Source: Candidatus Multivoradales bacterium
Lineage (GTDB): Bacteria; Acidobacteriota; Thermoanaerobaculia; Multivoradales; Multivoraceae
Direction: 5' to 3'
DNA length: 64,000 bases
Assembly: GCA_965223325.1 (NCBI GenBank)
Contig: CBDCWI010000002.1
Coordinates: 3,872,001 to 3,936,000, forward strand
Each line of letters starts with the position of its first letter. Position 1 is the stretch's first letter. Of the stretch, positions 17,767 to 29,174 are shown one piece after another. Below the pieces are notes generated by a model. That model was not told where the DNA came from. It ran no database searches and was given only the letters and a program-made list of their open reading frames with translations. The position numbers were made by a program, and so were the translations under genes.

Positions 17767-18252
17767 TTGCTGACCTTCGAGGAGATCCAGCAGCTGATCG
17801 AGACGGTCGCCGACCGAGAACTGGAGCGTGTGGAGATCGAGCGCGCCGGCTTTCGGCTTCAGATCGTCGGCCAGTCGGCACCAACCGTAGTTCAGGCTGC
17901 GCTACCGCCGGCCCAGGCCCCGCAAGCTCCGGTTGCGGTAGCAGCACCCGAAGTCGCTCCCGCTCCTGCGGCTGCTGCTGCCGGCGAGTCCGAGGGTACT
18001 GTCGCGTCTGATGCGCACATTCTCGAGTCGCCGATCGTCGGGACCTTCTACAGCTCGCCCAACCCCGAGGCCGATCCTTATGTTCGGCCCGGTGATCGAG
18101 TGCGCCAGGGTCAGGTCCTGTGCATCGTCGAGGCGATGAAGCTCATGAACGAAATCGAAGCTGACGTCGACGGCGTCATTGTCGAGGTGTTCCCCAAGAA
18201 CTCGCAGCCGGTCGAATTCGGCGAACCATTGTTCGCGATCGACGCGGACTAG
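17767..18252 (+). CDS. accB: Acetyl-CoA carboxylase biotin carboxyl carrier protein
   Basis: SPIVGTFY and biotinylation motif EAMKLMNEI. Confidence 0.97.
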   Translation: MLTFEEIQQLIETVADRELERVEIERAGFRLQIVGQSAPTVVQAALPPAQAPQAPVAVAAPEVAPAPAAAAAGESEGTVASDAHILESPIVGTFYSSPNPEADPYVRPGDRVRQGQVLCIVEAMKLMNEIEADVDGVIVEVFPKNSQPVEFGEPLFAIDAD

Positions 18253-18341
18253 AAGAGCTCCACCAACGGACTGCCGGAAGCTTCCCTCGTCGCCTTTTTC
18301 CCTGGCGATTCGGAGACTGCGGCTGAAGGGTCACAGAGACT

Positions 18342-19703
18342 TTGCTCAAGAAGGTGTTGATCGCCAATCGGGGCGAGATCGCGTTGCGCGTCATCTACGC
18401 GTGTCGAGAACTCGGAATCCAGACGGTAGCCGTGCACAGCTCGGCGGACGAGGAGTCCATGCATGTGCTCTCTGCGGATGAGGACATCTGCGTCGGGCCG
18501 GCGTCGTCGGCCGAGAGTTACCTCGACATGAGTCGCATCCTGTCGGCGGCGGAGATCACCGGTGCCGATGCGGTACACCCGGGCTACGGTTTTCTGGCCG
18601 AGAACGCGCACTTCGCCGAGGTCGTCGAAGAGTGTGGGATGACCTGGATTGGTCCCCGCCCCGAGACCATTCGTCTGATGGGCGACAAGGCGGCAGCTCG
18701 CGAAACCGCCCAGCGGGCTGGCGTGCCAGTGCTGCCTGGCAGCGAAGGTGGCATTGACACGGTTGACGACGCCAAGCGTCTTGCCGGTGAGATCGGCCTG
18801 CCGGTCATTCTCAAAGCAGCTGCTGGCGGTGGTGGTCGTGGTATGCGCATCGTGAGAGACGAAGAGGAGCTCGAAGACGCCTACCAGACCGCGCGCTCGG
18901 AGGCCAAGATCGCCTTCGGTGACGACACCGTGTACCTCGAGAAGTACCTCGATGCGCCGCGACACATCGAGTTCCAGATTTTCGGCGACCGTGATGGCAA
19001 CGCCTTCCAGCTCGGCGAGCGTGAGTGTTCGATTCAGCGCCGTCATCAGAAGCTCATCGAAGAGTCGCCTGCGCCCGGGCTGACCGAGGGTCTGCGCCGC
19101 CGAATGGCGGACGCCGCGGTGCGCTTGACCGCCGAGGTCGGCTACGTGAATGCCGGCACGATCGAGTTTCTCGTGGACCGGGATGGCAGCTTCTATTTCA
19201 TGGAGATGAACACCCGCATTCAGGTGGAGCATCCTGTGACCGAGTTGGTCACCGCCCTCGATCTGGTCAAGATGCAGCTGCGCATCGCGTCCGGTGAGTC
19301 CATCGAGGTACCGTCTGACCTGCGCTCACGCGGCCATGCCATCGAGTGCCGGATCAACGCGGAAGACCCGTTCAGCTTCCGCCCGAGCCCGGGACGCATT
19401 GAGACTTTCCACCCGCCTGGCGGCCCGGGGATTCGACTCGACACCCACGCCTACGAGCAGTACTACTTCCCGCCTCACTACGACTCGCTGGTCGCCAAGC
19501 TACTCGCCTGGGGGCGCGACCGAGAGGAAGCGATCGCTCGCATGTCCCGAGCCCTCGATCTGTTTGTCATCGAGGGAATCCAGACCACGATCCCGCTCCA
19601 TCAACAGCTCATGCAACAGGATGACTTTCGGGCTGGAAGACTTTCAACCCGATTTCTCGAGCGTTACCTCGAAGAACGCCCCCCGGGGAACGAGAAGGGG
19701 TGA
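18342..19703 (+). CDS. accC: Acetyl-CoA carboxylase biotin carboxylase
   Basis: [49 protein letters not shown]. Confidence 0.97.
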   Translation: MLKKVLIANRGEIALRVIYACRELGIQTVAVHSSADEESMHVLSADEDICVGPASSAESYLDMSRILSAAEITGADAVHPGYGFLAENAHFAEVVEECGMTWIGPRPETIRLMGDKAAARETAQRAGVPVLPGSEGGIDTVDDAKRLAGEIGLPVILKAAAGGGGRGMRIVRDEEELEDAYQTARSEAKIAFGDDTVYLEKYLDAPRHIEFQIFGDRDGNAFQLGERECSIQRRHQKLIEESPAPGLTEGLRRRMADAAVRLTAEVGYVNAGTIEFLVDRDGSFYFMEMNTRIQVEHPVTELVTALDLVKMQLRIASGESIEVPSDLRSRGHAIECRINAEDPFSFRPSPGRIETFHPPGGPGIRLDTHAYEQYYFPPHYDSLVAKLLAWGRDREEAIARMSRALDLFVIEGIQTTIPLHQQLMQQDDFRAGRLSTRFLERYLEERPPGNEKG

Positions 19704-19765
19704 ACGCTTCGACCGTCTCCTCAGGTCGTCTAGGTAGAGTGGCCTCGGGCGACGAAGGTTGAGAC

Positions 19766-20428
19766 GTGTCTCCTGATCAGGTTCCGCTTCTCTACGCGAT
19801 CGCCGATGTCGCGGCTCTTCATCCGATCCCGCCAGACGAAGCCATTTGTGCCCTGGCCCATGCCGGGGTCGGGTGGATTCAGCTGCGCGCCAAGGCGGTT
19901 TCGGATCGGGAGCTCTGGCGGGTGGTTGAACGAACCGTCAAACGGCTCGGTGAATCGACGGCTGCCGAGTGCCTGTGGATCAACGACCGCCCCGACATCG
20001 CCGCGCTGTTCCCCGTCCTGGGCGTCCATCTCGGCCAGGACGACCTGCCGCCCGAAGCCGCCCGCGCCGTCGTTCCCGCGCACATGTTGGTGGGCCGCTC
20101 GACTCATGACCTGGCCCAGGCGCGCGTTGCCGAGGCCGATCCGGCGGTCGATGTTGTAGCCATCGGGCCAGTTTTTGAGACCAGCGGGAAAGTTGACCCG
20201 GATCCGGTCGTTGGCTTGACTGCTCTCGCCGAGATTGCCGGGGTGGTCTCCAAACCTCTGGTTGCCATCGGTGGCCTGGATGCACAGAATGCACAGAGCG
20301 TGCTCGATGCGGGTGCTGATGGCTTGGCCTTCCTGGGCGCGATCAGCCACGGTGCGCGAGCGCCGAAAGACCTCGCTCTGCGCGCCTCGGTTCTGGCGTC
20401 GTCGTTCCAACCCACTGACCGATCGTGA
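19766..20428 (+). CDS. thiE: Thiamine-phosphate synthase
   Basis: QLRAK, INDRPD, GVHLGQDD, GRSTH, GPVFETxxK, VAIGG. Confidence 0.93.
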   Translation: MSPDQVPLLYAIADVAALHPIPPDEAICALAHAGVGWIQLRAKAVSDRELWRVVERTVKRLGESTAAECLWINDRPDIAALFPVLGVHLGQDDLPPEAARAVVPAHMLVGRSTHDLAQARVAEADPAVDVVAIGPVFETSGKVDPDPVVGLTALAEIAGVVSKPLVAIGGLDAQNAQSVLDAGADGLAFLGAISHGARAPKDLALRASVLASSFQPTDRS

Positions 20429-20443
20429 TGATGGGGGTGACTC

Positions 20444-20554
20444 TTGACTACTACAGCTCTTCTCTGTTTCGTGGCGATTTGCGGCACCGTGTGGGGCGGC
20501 TTTCTCCTCCTCGTCTTCAAGGCCAGCCGCGGAGAACGCGCTTCGGATCGCTAG
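20444..20554 (+). CDS. 36-aa single-TM peptide resembling the MetS family (NSS transporter small subunit)
   Basis: Hand translation MTTTALLCFVAICGTVWGGFLLLVFKASRGERASDR; TTG start with GGGGGTG SD; not in the ORF track. Confidence 0.65.
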   Translation: MTTTALLCFVAICGTVWGGFLLLVFKASRGERASDR

Positions 20555-20595
20555 TAGTTTTCACCTTCCCTGCTGAAGAACACTCTGACCTCGAA

Positions 20596-21180
20596 ATGTC
20601 GAATCGCTGCGAAACGTCCAGAAGGCTCCCAGAGCGCATCTATCTGGTCGGCTTCATGGGCTGTGGCAAGACCACGGTCGGAAGAAGGCTGGCGCGCGAC
20701 CTCCGCTGGTTGTTTCTCGATCTCGACCGGGAGATCGAGATCGAGACCGGTATGTCGGTGCGGGAGATCTTCCGTAGCGAGGGGGAAGAACACTTCCGTA
20801 GGCTCGAGCGCAGTGAACTCGAGCGCACCGCGACGCTTTCGAATGTCGTGGTGGCGACCGGCGGTGGGCTCTGGATGAGACCTGAGAACCGCGAGTTGAT
20901 CGCGGAGTCGGGCCTTTCGCTATGGCTCGACCTGCCGCTCGACGAGCTCCTGACGCGACTCGATCGTTCGGCAGGATCACGCCCGCTGCACAAAAACCGC
21001 GAGTCGACGACCCAGCTGTTCGAAGAGCGATTGCCGGCCTATCGGGAGGCAGCCTTGCGGGTGCCGGTGAGTGACGCTGAGGCGCCTGCGCAGGTCTCGC
21101 GCCGGATCGTTTCGCTTCTCTACCGTGGCTGGCAGAAGGCCGTGCGCTCGGAGGCTCGTGTAGATCGATGCGCTACCTGA
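20596..21180 (+). CDS. aroK: Shikimate kinase
   Basis: IYLVGFMGCGKTTVG, DLD..IE, GEEHFRRLE, VATGGG, RPL. Confidence 0.93.
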   Translation: MSNRCETSRRLPERIYLVGFMGCGKTTVGRRLARDLRWLFLDLDREIEIETGMSVREIFRSEGEEHFRRLERSELERTATLSNVVVATGGGLWMRPENRELIAESGLSLWLDLPLDELLTRLDRSAGSRPLHKNRESTTQLFEERLPAYREAALRVPVSDAEAPAQVSRRIVSLLYRGWQKAVRSEARVDRCAT

Positions 21181-21911
21181 TCGTCAGCGACATGCACGGC
21201 AACGGGGAAGCCTTTCGCACCGTGTTGCGTCGGGTGCGCCGCAAGCGCTTCGGTGCAACCCTGGTGCTTGGTGACCTGGTCGGTTATGGAGCCGAACCCA
21301 ATCAGGTCGTCGAGACCCTGAGCAGGCTCCCTGGGCGTCGCTACACCGTGCGCGGGAACCACGACAAGGTGATCGCTGAGATCGAGAACGGGTCGGGCTT
21401 CAACGACGCCGCCCTGCGTGCGGCACGCTGGACCACCGCCAAGCTGACCCCCAGGAATCTGAGCGTCGTGCGCAACCTGCCCGAGGGTCCGATGAACATC
21501 ACCGACGAGCTGGCTATCTGCCACGGCTCACCGGTCGATGAAGACCAGTACCTGTTCTCGGAGTACGACGCGAGCGGTGTTTTCGATCGATTTCCGGCCA
21601 ATGTCACCTTCTTCGGCCACACGCACCTGCCTTCGGTGTTCATCTTGCATGCCGGTGGTGTAAAGGGGATTCTGCTCGTCGGCGACCGCGGTCGCATTTC
21701 GATTCAACCCGGGTTTCGCTACCTGATCAACCCGGGGTCGGTAGGCCAGCCGCGCGACCGCAACCCGCGCGCCGCCTTCATGATCTACGACGAGACGTCA
21801 CAGACCGTGCACTGGTATCGCGTGCCTTATGCGGTGGGCGAAGCGCAGCGCCGGATCGTCGCAGCCGGCCTCCCGGAGCCGCTCGCGGATCGCTTGGCCT
21901 ACGGAGTCTGA
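21168..21911 (+). CDS. Calcineurin-like metallophosphoesterase
   Basis: SDMHGN, GDLVGYG, RGNHD, HGSP, GHTH, NPGSVGQPRD. Confidence 0.92.
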   Translation: MRYLIVSDMHGNGEAFRTVLRRVRRKRFGATLVLGDLVGYGAEPNQVVETLSRLPGRRYTVRGNHDKVIAEIENGSGFNDAALRAARWTTAKLTPRNLSVVRNLPEGPMNITDELAICHGSPVDEDQYLFSEYDASGVFDRFPANVTFFGHTHLPSVFILHAGGVKGILLVGDRGRISIQPGFRYLINPGSVGQPRDRNPRAAFMIYDETSQTVHWYRVPYAVGEAQRRIVAAGLPEPLADRLAYGV

Positions 21912-21969
21912 GTTCGGGCGTTCGCGCGATTCAGGTACCCTGCCTCCAGATTGTGCTTGGGAGGCCGCC

Positions 21970-22626
21970 ATGAAGGAGAAACGATCCCGGTCGACGGAAT
22001 CGGTAGCGGGGACTGCGGAGCTCGACGGGACCCGTCGCCGGGTCTTGCAGGTGATTGCAGGCGGCGCAGTGGTCGTTGGTGCTGAGCCGCGATCTCTCTT
22101 CGCCTGGGCGCGGGCGCTTCACGAAAGCGGAGAGTTGGGCGAGACGTCACCGCTCTCTCGTTTGACAGAGGGAGAGGCCGAAGCGGTTGCCGTTCTTGTC
22201 GATCGCATCCTCCCGGCGAGTGACACACCGGGGGCGCGCGCCGCCGGCGTTCACCTGTTCATCGACCGCATGCTCGCGGGCTGGCTCGACGAGCGTGCGG
22301 CGCGTCGATTTCTGAAAGGCCTGCGTGGGACCCTGCGTCGTGCGCGGCGGCAGTTCGGCGTGCCACTCGCTGCCCTTCTGCCCGAGCAGGTCGACGAGCT
22401 GTTGACCGCCGCCGCCCTTTCGGCGCGCAGCGAGCGGCCAGGAGAGAGCTTCTCGACGTCGCGTGCGACGCTTCATCGGCAGCCCTTCTTCGATGTCTTG
22501 AAGTGGCTGACGCTGGTTGGCTACTACACCTCCGAAGTCGGGATGCGTGAAGAGCTGGGGTACAAGACCCTTCCCGGGACCTACGACCCGTGTGTCGATG
22601 TCGCGGCTCTCGGACGAGGGGAGTGA
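21970..22626 (+). CDS. Gluconate 2-dehydrogenase subunit 3 family protein (Tat hitchhiker small subunit)
   Basis: TRRRVL twin-arginine-like motif, ILPASDTPGA..AGV..FID, FF..LK..TLVGYYTSEVG. Confidence 0.88.
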   Translation: MKEKRSRSTESVAGTAELDGTRRRVLQVIAGGAVVVGAEPRSLFAWARALHESGELGETSPLSRLTEGEAEAVAVLVDRILPASDTPGARAAGVHLFIDRMLAGWLDERAARRFLKGLRGTLRRARRQFGVPLAALLPEQVDELLTAAALSARSERPGESFSTSRATLHRQPFFDVLKWLTLVGYYTSEVGMREELGYKTLPGTYDPCVDVAALGRGE

Positions 22627-22630
22627 GTCA

Positions 22631-24334
22631 ATGCAGGCGATCAAACAGCGTAAGGTCTGGGACGCTATCGTCATCGGCTCGGGAATGACCGGTGGTTGGG
22701 CGGCGAAGGAACTGAGCGAAGCGGGTCTCGAGGTCCTGGTGCTCGAAGCCGGTCGCCAGATCGAACCCGAGGACTACGAAGACCACACGCCACCCTGGGA
22801 GCTCGAGTACCGTGGCCTCGAAGATCATCGGAAGGCAACCCGCGAGCAACCCATTCAAACGCTCTGCTACGCGTGCGACGAGTGGGGCAGTAAGTTCTTC
22901 GTCAACGACCACGACGAGCCCTATTCGGTAGCGCCCGAGAGCCAGGGTTTTCGCTACATCCGCGGCCGCCATGTCGGCGGGCGCTCGATCATGTGGGGCC
23001 GGCAGAGCTATCGCTGGTCAGACCTCGATTTCGAGGCCAACGCACGTGACGGCTTCGGGGTGGATTGGCCTATTCGTTACGCCGACCTGGCGCCAGCCTA
23101 CGACCGCGTCGAACGGTTCGCTGGCATCTCAGGGCAACGCGAAGGCAACGCCCAGTTGCCCGACGGTCAGTTCCTGCCTGCCATGCCGCTCAACTGTATG
23201 GAGGAGCGTTCCCGCGAGCGGCTCATGAAGGCCTTCGGCGGCAGCCATCTCTTGACCCCGGCACGTGTGGCGGTTCTGACCGAACGTCACAACGGTCGCA
23301 GTGCTTGCCACTACTGCGGCCCGTGCCGCCGTGGTTGTCGAACGCGTTCCTACTTCAGTTCGATCAACGCCACCCTTCCGGCCGCGGCTGCCACCGGTCG
23401 TATGACCCTGCGGCCTCACAGCGTCGTCGCCGAGTTGATCTACGACCAAGAGCGCGATCGCGTGCGCGGTGTTCGGGTGATCGACGGCCAGACGAAAGCG
23501 GACATGGAGTTTGACGGGCGCATCGTCTTCTTGTGTGCGTCGGCGATCGAGTCGGCGCGCCTGCTCTTGAACTCGAAGAGCCCACGCTTCTCCGATGGCC
23601 TGGCCAATTCGAGTGATCAGGTGGGTCGCAACCTGATGGACCACACCTTTCAGGTCGGTGCCAGCGGTCGCCTCGATGGTCTCGAAGACAAGTATGTGCG
23701 CGGCCGGCGGCCAGGCGGAGCCTACGTGCCGCGGTTTGTGAACGTCGATCAGAACAGCAAGCGGGACTTCTTGCGCGGCTACGGTTTCCAGGTCGGGGCG
23801 AGTCGTTCATCGAGGTGGCGCTCTGGGGTAGGCACCCCCGACTTCGGCGCCGACTGGAAAAGCGGCCTGCGCGGCTTGACCCAGTGGCGCATGAACTTCA
23901 CCGGCTTTGGTGAATGCCTGCCCAATCCCGATAATCGGGTGACCATCGATTCGAAGCTGGTCGACAAGTGGGGTATCCCCGCACCGCGTTTCAACGTTTC
24001 GTTCGGCGAGAACGAGCGCGCGATCCGCGAGGACATCAAGAAGACCGCTGTCGAGATGCTCGAGGCCGTCGGCGCACATCACATCACCACCTATGACCGT
24101 GATCCGCCGCCGGGCTTCGCGATACACGAAATGGGAACTGCCCGCATGGGACGCGACCCGAAGACTTCGGTGCTCAACCAGTGGTGCCAGTCCTGGGACG
24201 TTCCCAACCTCTTCATCTCGGATGGCGCCGCGATGGCGTCGTCAGCCTGCCAGAACCCGTCCCTGACCTATATGGCCCTCACGGTCCGTGCCTCTGGGCA
24301 CGCGGTGGCCGAGCTCAAGCGCGGCGCAATCTAG
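22631..24334 (+). CDS. GMC-family FAD oxidoreductase with Fe-S motif (glycoside 3-dehydrogenase-like)
   Basis: DAIVIGSGMTGG, GGRSIMWGRQSYR, DWPIRY, CHYCGPCRRGC, GRNLMDH, HEMGTARMG, NPSLTYMA. Confidence 0.92.
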   Translation: MQAIKQRKVWDAIVIGSGMTGGWAAKELSEAGLEVLVLEAGRQIEPEDYEDHTPPWELEYRGLEDHRKATREQPIQTLCYACDEWGSKFFVNDHDEPYSVAPESQGFRYIRGRHVGGRSIMWGRQSYRWSDLDFEANARDGFGVDWPIRYADLAPAYDRVERFAGISGQREGNAQLPDGQFLPAMPLNCMEERSRERLMKAFGGSHLLTPARVAVLTERHNGRSACHYCGPCRRGCRTRSYFSSINATLPAAAATGRMTLRPHSVVAELIYDQERDRVRGVRVIDGQTKADMEFDGRIVFLCASAIESARLLLNSKSPRFSDGLANSSDQVGRNLMDHTFQVGASGRLDGLEDKYVRGRRPGGAYVPRFVNVDQNSKRDFLRGYGFQVGASRSSRWRSGVGTPDFGADWKSGLRGLTQWRMNFTGFGECLPNPDNRVTIDSKLVDKWGIPAPRFNVSFGENERAIREDIKKTAVEMLEAVGAHHITTYDRDPPPGFAIHEMGTARMGRDPKTSVLNQWCQSWDVPNLFISDGAAMASSACQNPSLTYMALTVRASGHAVAELKRGAI

Positions 24335-24360
24335 CGCGCCAGACATCTCCCGCCTGAGGG

Positions 24361-25353
24361 TCAGGCGCCGCCCGAGAGGATCTCTTGATCTGTTGCGCCT
24401 TGCCGAGCGAGCTCGAGCAGGTTCTCGATGCGATCGTCGGTGACCCCCCGCGCCAGGGTGTCCTCCCAGGCGTCGACCGCTCCCTCGCGGTCGCCGGTTT
24501 GCAGGCGTAGGACGCCGAGAATAAGGCCGGTCTGGGCGTTTTGCGGGTCGACCTCGATGGCGCGCTCGATCAGGCCGAAAGCCTCGTTGGGCTGGCCCAT
24601 CATGTACCGCACCACTCCGGAGACGTAGAGCCCCTTGGGTTCGTCGGGCTCGAGCTCCAGCGCCCGTTGTGCCTCTTGAAAGGCATCGATCGGGCGCTGC
24701 GCGGCCAGCATCAGGTCGGCAATCGCACCATGGGTTGGCGCATCGGTCGCTCCATCGCCGGTGAGGGTACCGCGCAGGCGCTCGACCTCGGCTTCGACCG
24801 CCGGAGGAAGTGGCGGCTGAGCGGCGCCGGCCGGCGGTGCCCCTGAGTCTGCACCGCCACCAGCGGCGGCGTTGCTGTTGACAGGCGGCATCGGTTGGCC
24901 GTCAGGGCCCATGGTGTCGGCCGGCTGCGCTGCCTTGCCGGCCTGGAAGATCAAGATGCCGAGCAGTGCCACCATCGACGCCCCGAGTGCAAAGCCGGCG
25001 AGCAGCGGGTGGCGACCGAAGAAGCCGGGATCGACGCTCGGGCGCTCGCTTGCGGGTTGCGCCTCGCCCCGACGCTTGCTGGCGTCTTGTTGCAGCAGGT
25101 CGAGTTCGCGCAGGGTGATCGCGGCGTGGCGTTCGAGCTCTGCGCGGTCGCGTTCAGCGAGCTCCACAGATTCCGACCCGCGGAGCCGGTGGTAGAGCTC
25201 TTCGCGACGGCGCTCGAGATCCTCGATCTGCAGCTCGAGGTCCTCGAGCACCGGATCTCGGTTGGGCTCGGTACGCAGTAGTCTGACGGCGGCGATGATG
25301 CCGCCGATGAGTGCGAGCACGGCCGTGGTGACGGCGAGGGTGATGTCGGTCAG
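24361..25353 (-). CDS. CcmI/CycH-like TPR membrane protein of cytochrome c maturation
   Basis: Two TM segments separated by a charged coil, then TPRs; last gene of the ccm operon. Start extended to CTG 25353 (AAGGAG SD); the ORF track start is 25320. Confidence 0.7.
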   Translation of the reverse strand: MTDITLAVTTAVLALIGGIIAAVRLLRTEPNRDPVLEDLELQIEDLERRREELYHRLRGSESVELAERDRAELERHAAITLRELDLLQQDASKRRGEAQPASERPSVDPGFFGRHPLLAGFALGASMVALLGILIFQAGKAAQPADTMGPDGQPMPPVNSNAAAGGGADSGAPPAGAAQPPLPPAVEAEVERLRGTLTGDGATDAPTHGAIADLMLAAQRPIDAFQEAQRALELEPDEPKGLYVSGVVRYMMGQPNEAFGLIERAIEVDPQNAQTGLILGVLRLQTGDREGAVDAWEDTLARGVTDDRIENLLELARQGATDQEILSGGA

Positions 25354-25886
25354 GAGGCCGTCTCCTTTCGCACCTGCTCGCGGTAGGCGGCGAGGTCATC
25401 GTCCGTATCGACGTTACCCTCCGGTTGCCGCACGTCCTTTCGCAGCCACAGAACGAGAAACAGGGTGCCAAGTGCAAGACCGACGAACGGTGCGATCCAG
25501 ACGAGCAGGTTGAAGCCGCGCTTGGTGGGCTCGAGGCGAACAAACTCGCCGTAGGTGCCCTCGAAGTAGGCGATCACTTGCGCTTCGCTGTAGCCGCGGC
25601 CCAGCAGCTCGCGGACCTCGGCGACCATCGCAATGGCGCTCGGTGAGGGTGAGTCCTGGATCGAGAGCCCCTGGCAGACGGGGCAGCGTACGTCGCCCGA
25701 GACGCGCGCCGTCGCCTCCTCGAGCAGCTCACCCGCGAGAGGTTCGCCCAGCGGCGCACCGATGACTTCGGCCGGGTCAACGCCCAGCTCGAGAGGCGGG
25801 GCCACCTCGTCGACTCCTTGAGCTGAGAGTATGGATGGCAGCACGAGACCGCCTCCCACCAGCAAGAGGGTGAGCAGCTTCTTCAC
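25350..25886 (-). CDS. ccmH: Cytochrome c biogenesis protein CcmH
   Basis: VRCPVCQGLSIQDS, YF..YGEFVRLEP, C-terminal TM helix. Confidence 0.92.
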   Translation of the reverse strand: MKKLLTLLLVGGGLVLPSILSAQGVDEVAPPLELGVDPAEVIGAPLGEPLAGELLEEATARVSGDVRCPVCQGLSIQDSPSPSAIAMVAEVRELLGRGYSEAQVIAYFEGTYGEFVRLEPTKRGFNLLVWIAPFVGLALGTLFLVLWLRKDVRQPEGNVDTDDDLAAYREQVRKETAS

Positions 25887-26401
25887 AGCATCTCCTCGAG
25901 GCGGCGCTGCATCACCTCGCCAGACACGGCGCCGATCACCTTGTCGACGATCACGCCGTCTTTGCCGATGAAGTAGGTCTCGGGTGGACCATAGACGCCG
26001 TAGGCCACTGCGACCTCTCCTTCGGTGTCAACGAGTGCCGGCCCCCACGAGCCCCGCTGGCGTTCGAACTCTTCAATCAGCGCCGGGTCGTCCTGGTAGA
26101 TGATGCCAAGGAACTGAACGTCGTCGCCGTAGTGTTCCGAAGCCGCCATGAAGAGTGGATGTTCCTCCCAGCAAGGAGCGCAATAGGTTGCCCAGAAATT
26201 GATCACCACTGGCTTCCCGCGCAGGTCGCGGAGGCTCCAGACGCGGCCGTCGGTGTCGGCAAGCACAAAGCTGGGTGCCGGTTTCCCCACCAGGGGCGAG
26301 AAGAACTCGGTCGCGGGGTCGTCGTTCTCGAACCCGACGCGCAGCACCAGAAGAAGCGGCACGAGCAAGAGGAGGCCGATGATGAGAACGGTTCGGTTCA
26401 T
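25883..26401 (-). CDS. ccmG: CcmG/DsbE thiol-disulfide oxidoreductase
   Basis: INFWATYCAPC..EHP and YGVYGPPETYFI. Confidence 0.9.
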   Translation of the reverse strand: MNRTVLIIGLLLLVPLLLVLRVGFENDDPATEFFSPLVGKPAPSFVLADTDGRVWSLRDLRGKPVVINFWATYCAPCWEEHPLFMAASEHYGDDVQFLGIIYQDDPALIEEFERQRGSWGPALVDTEGEVAVAYGVYGPPETYFIGKDGVIVDKVIGAVSGEVMQRRLEEML

Positions 26402-26408
26402 GTTCCCC

Positions 26409-28409
<2,001 letters not shown>

Positions 28410-28432
28410 GCGAGGGGTCCTGAGTCTCCCCG

Positions 28433-28897
28433 TCAGGTGTCGTTGGACTCGAACTGCAGCGTTTTCATGATCTCGTCCATGCTGCGGTCGTCTTCGACGT
28501 CGGGGGCTTGGTATTCGTTGTCGTGCTTGACCATCAGGCGATTGGTTTCGAAGGTTCCAGAGCGCGCCATGGTGCCCTCGAGGACAACGCCGATGCCTTC
28601 GCGGAACATGGCAGGTGGAACGGTCTCGGCGTGGACGGGAATCGAGGTCTCGCCGTCGGTCACCCGGAAGTTGAGCGTCAGACCGTCACGGCCGCGTTCG
28701 ATGGTGCCTTCCTCGACCAATCCACCGAGGCGGATGCTCGCCGAATAGGCATCGTCGCCGGCAGCCTGGAGCTCGGTCGGGCTCCAGTAGTAGACGAGGT
28801 TCTCACCGAGGTCTCCGAAAGCCAGAAACGCGAAAGCGCCTCCCGCGATCACGACGGCTACCGCAAGCAGAGCACGTCGTCTGGTCACATCGTTCAT
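28433..28897 (-). CDS. ccmE: Heme chaperone CcmE
   Basis: NLVYYWSP, IRLGGLV, MFREG, heme-binding HxxxY motif (KHDNEY). Confidence 0.94.
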   Translation of the reverse strand: MNDVTRRRALLAVAVVIAGGAFAFLAFGDLGENLVYYWSPTELQAAGDDAYSASIRLGGLVEEGTIERGRDGLTLNFRVTDGETSIPVHAETVPPAMFREGIGVVLEGTMARSGTFETNRLMVKHDNEYQAPDVEDDRSMDEIMKTLQFESNDT

Positions 28898-28993
28898 CTA
28901 GAGCTCCTGGCTGGCGAGGTCGTGTTTGGCTTCGAGTGCGTCTCCGGAGCTGTGCCCCGCGAGAACTAGCATGGCTTGAAGGCTGCCTTCGGC

Positions 28994-29149
28994 TCAATGG
29001 GCGTCGTTGGCTTCGTCGCGTTGTCGCGCACGCCAGAGGAGCGAAGCGACGTAGAGAGCGAGGCCGACCGCGAGCACGGCGTAGGCAGCGATGACGTAGT
29101 TCCAGCCACCAATGATAACGCCTTCGGGCATCACACCGACTTCCTGCAT
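28994..29149 (-). CDS. ccmD: Heme exporter protein CcmD (51 aa, absent from ORF track)
   Basis: Hand translation MQEVGVMPEGVIIGGWNYVIAAYAVLAVGLALYVASLLWRARQRDEANDAH; YV.AAY TM motif; AGGAG SD; lies between ccmC and ccmE. Confidence 0.8.
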   Translation of the reverse strand: MQEVGVMPEGVIIGGWNYVIAAYAVLAVGLALYVASLLWRARQRDEANDAH

Positions 29150-29174
29150 GGCTCAGTCTCCTGGGGGATTGCCG

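Noticed and set aside
20425-20595. N-terminal extension of aroK in the ORF track
   Set aside because: Not kinase-like; a better small ORF occupies another frame.
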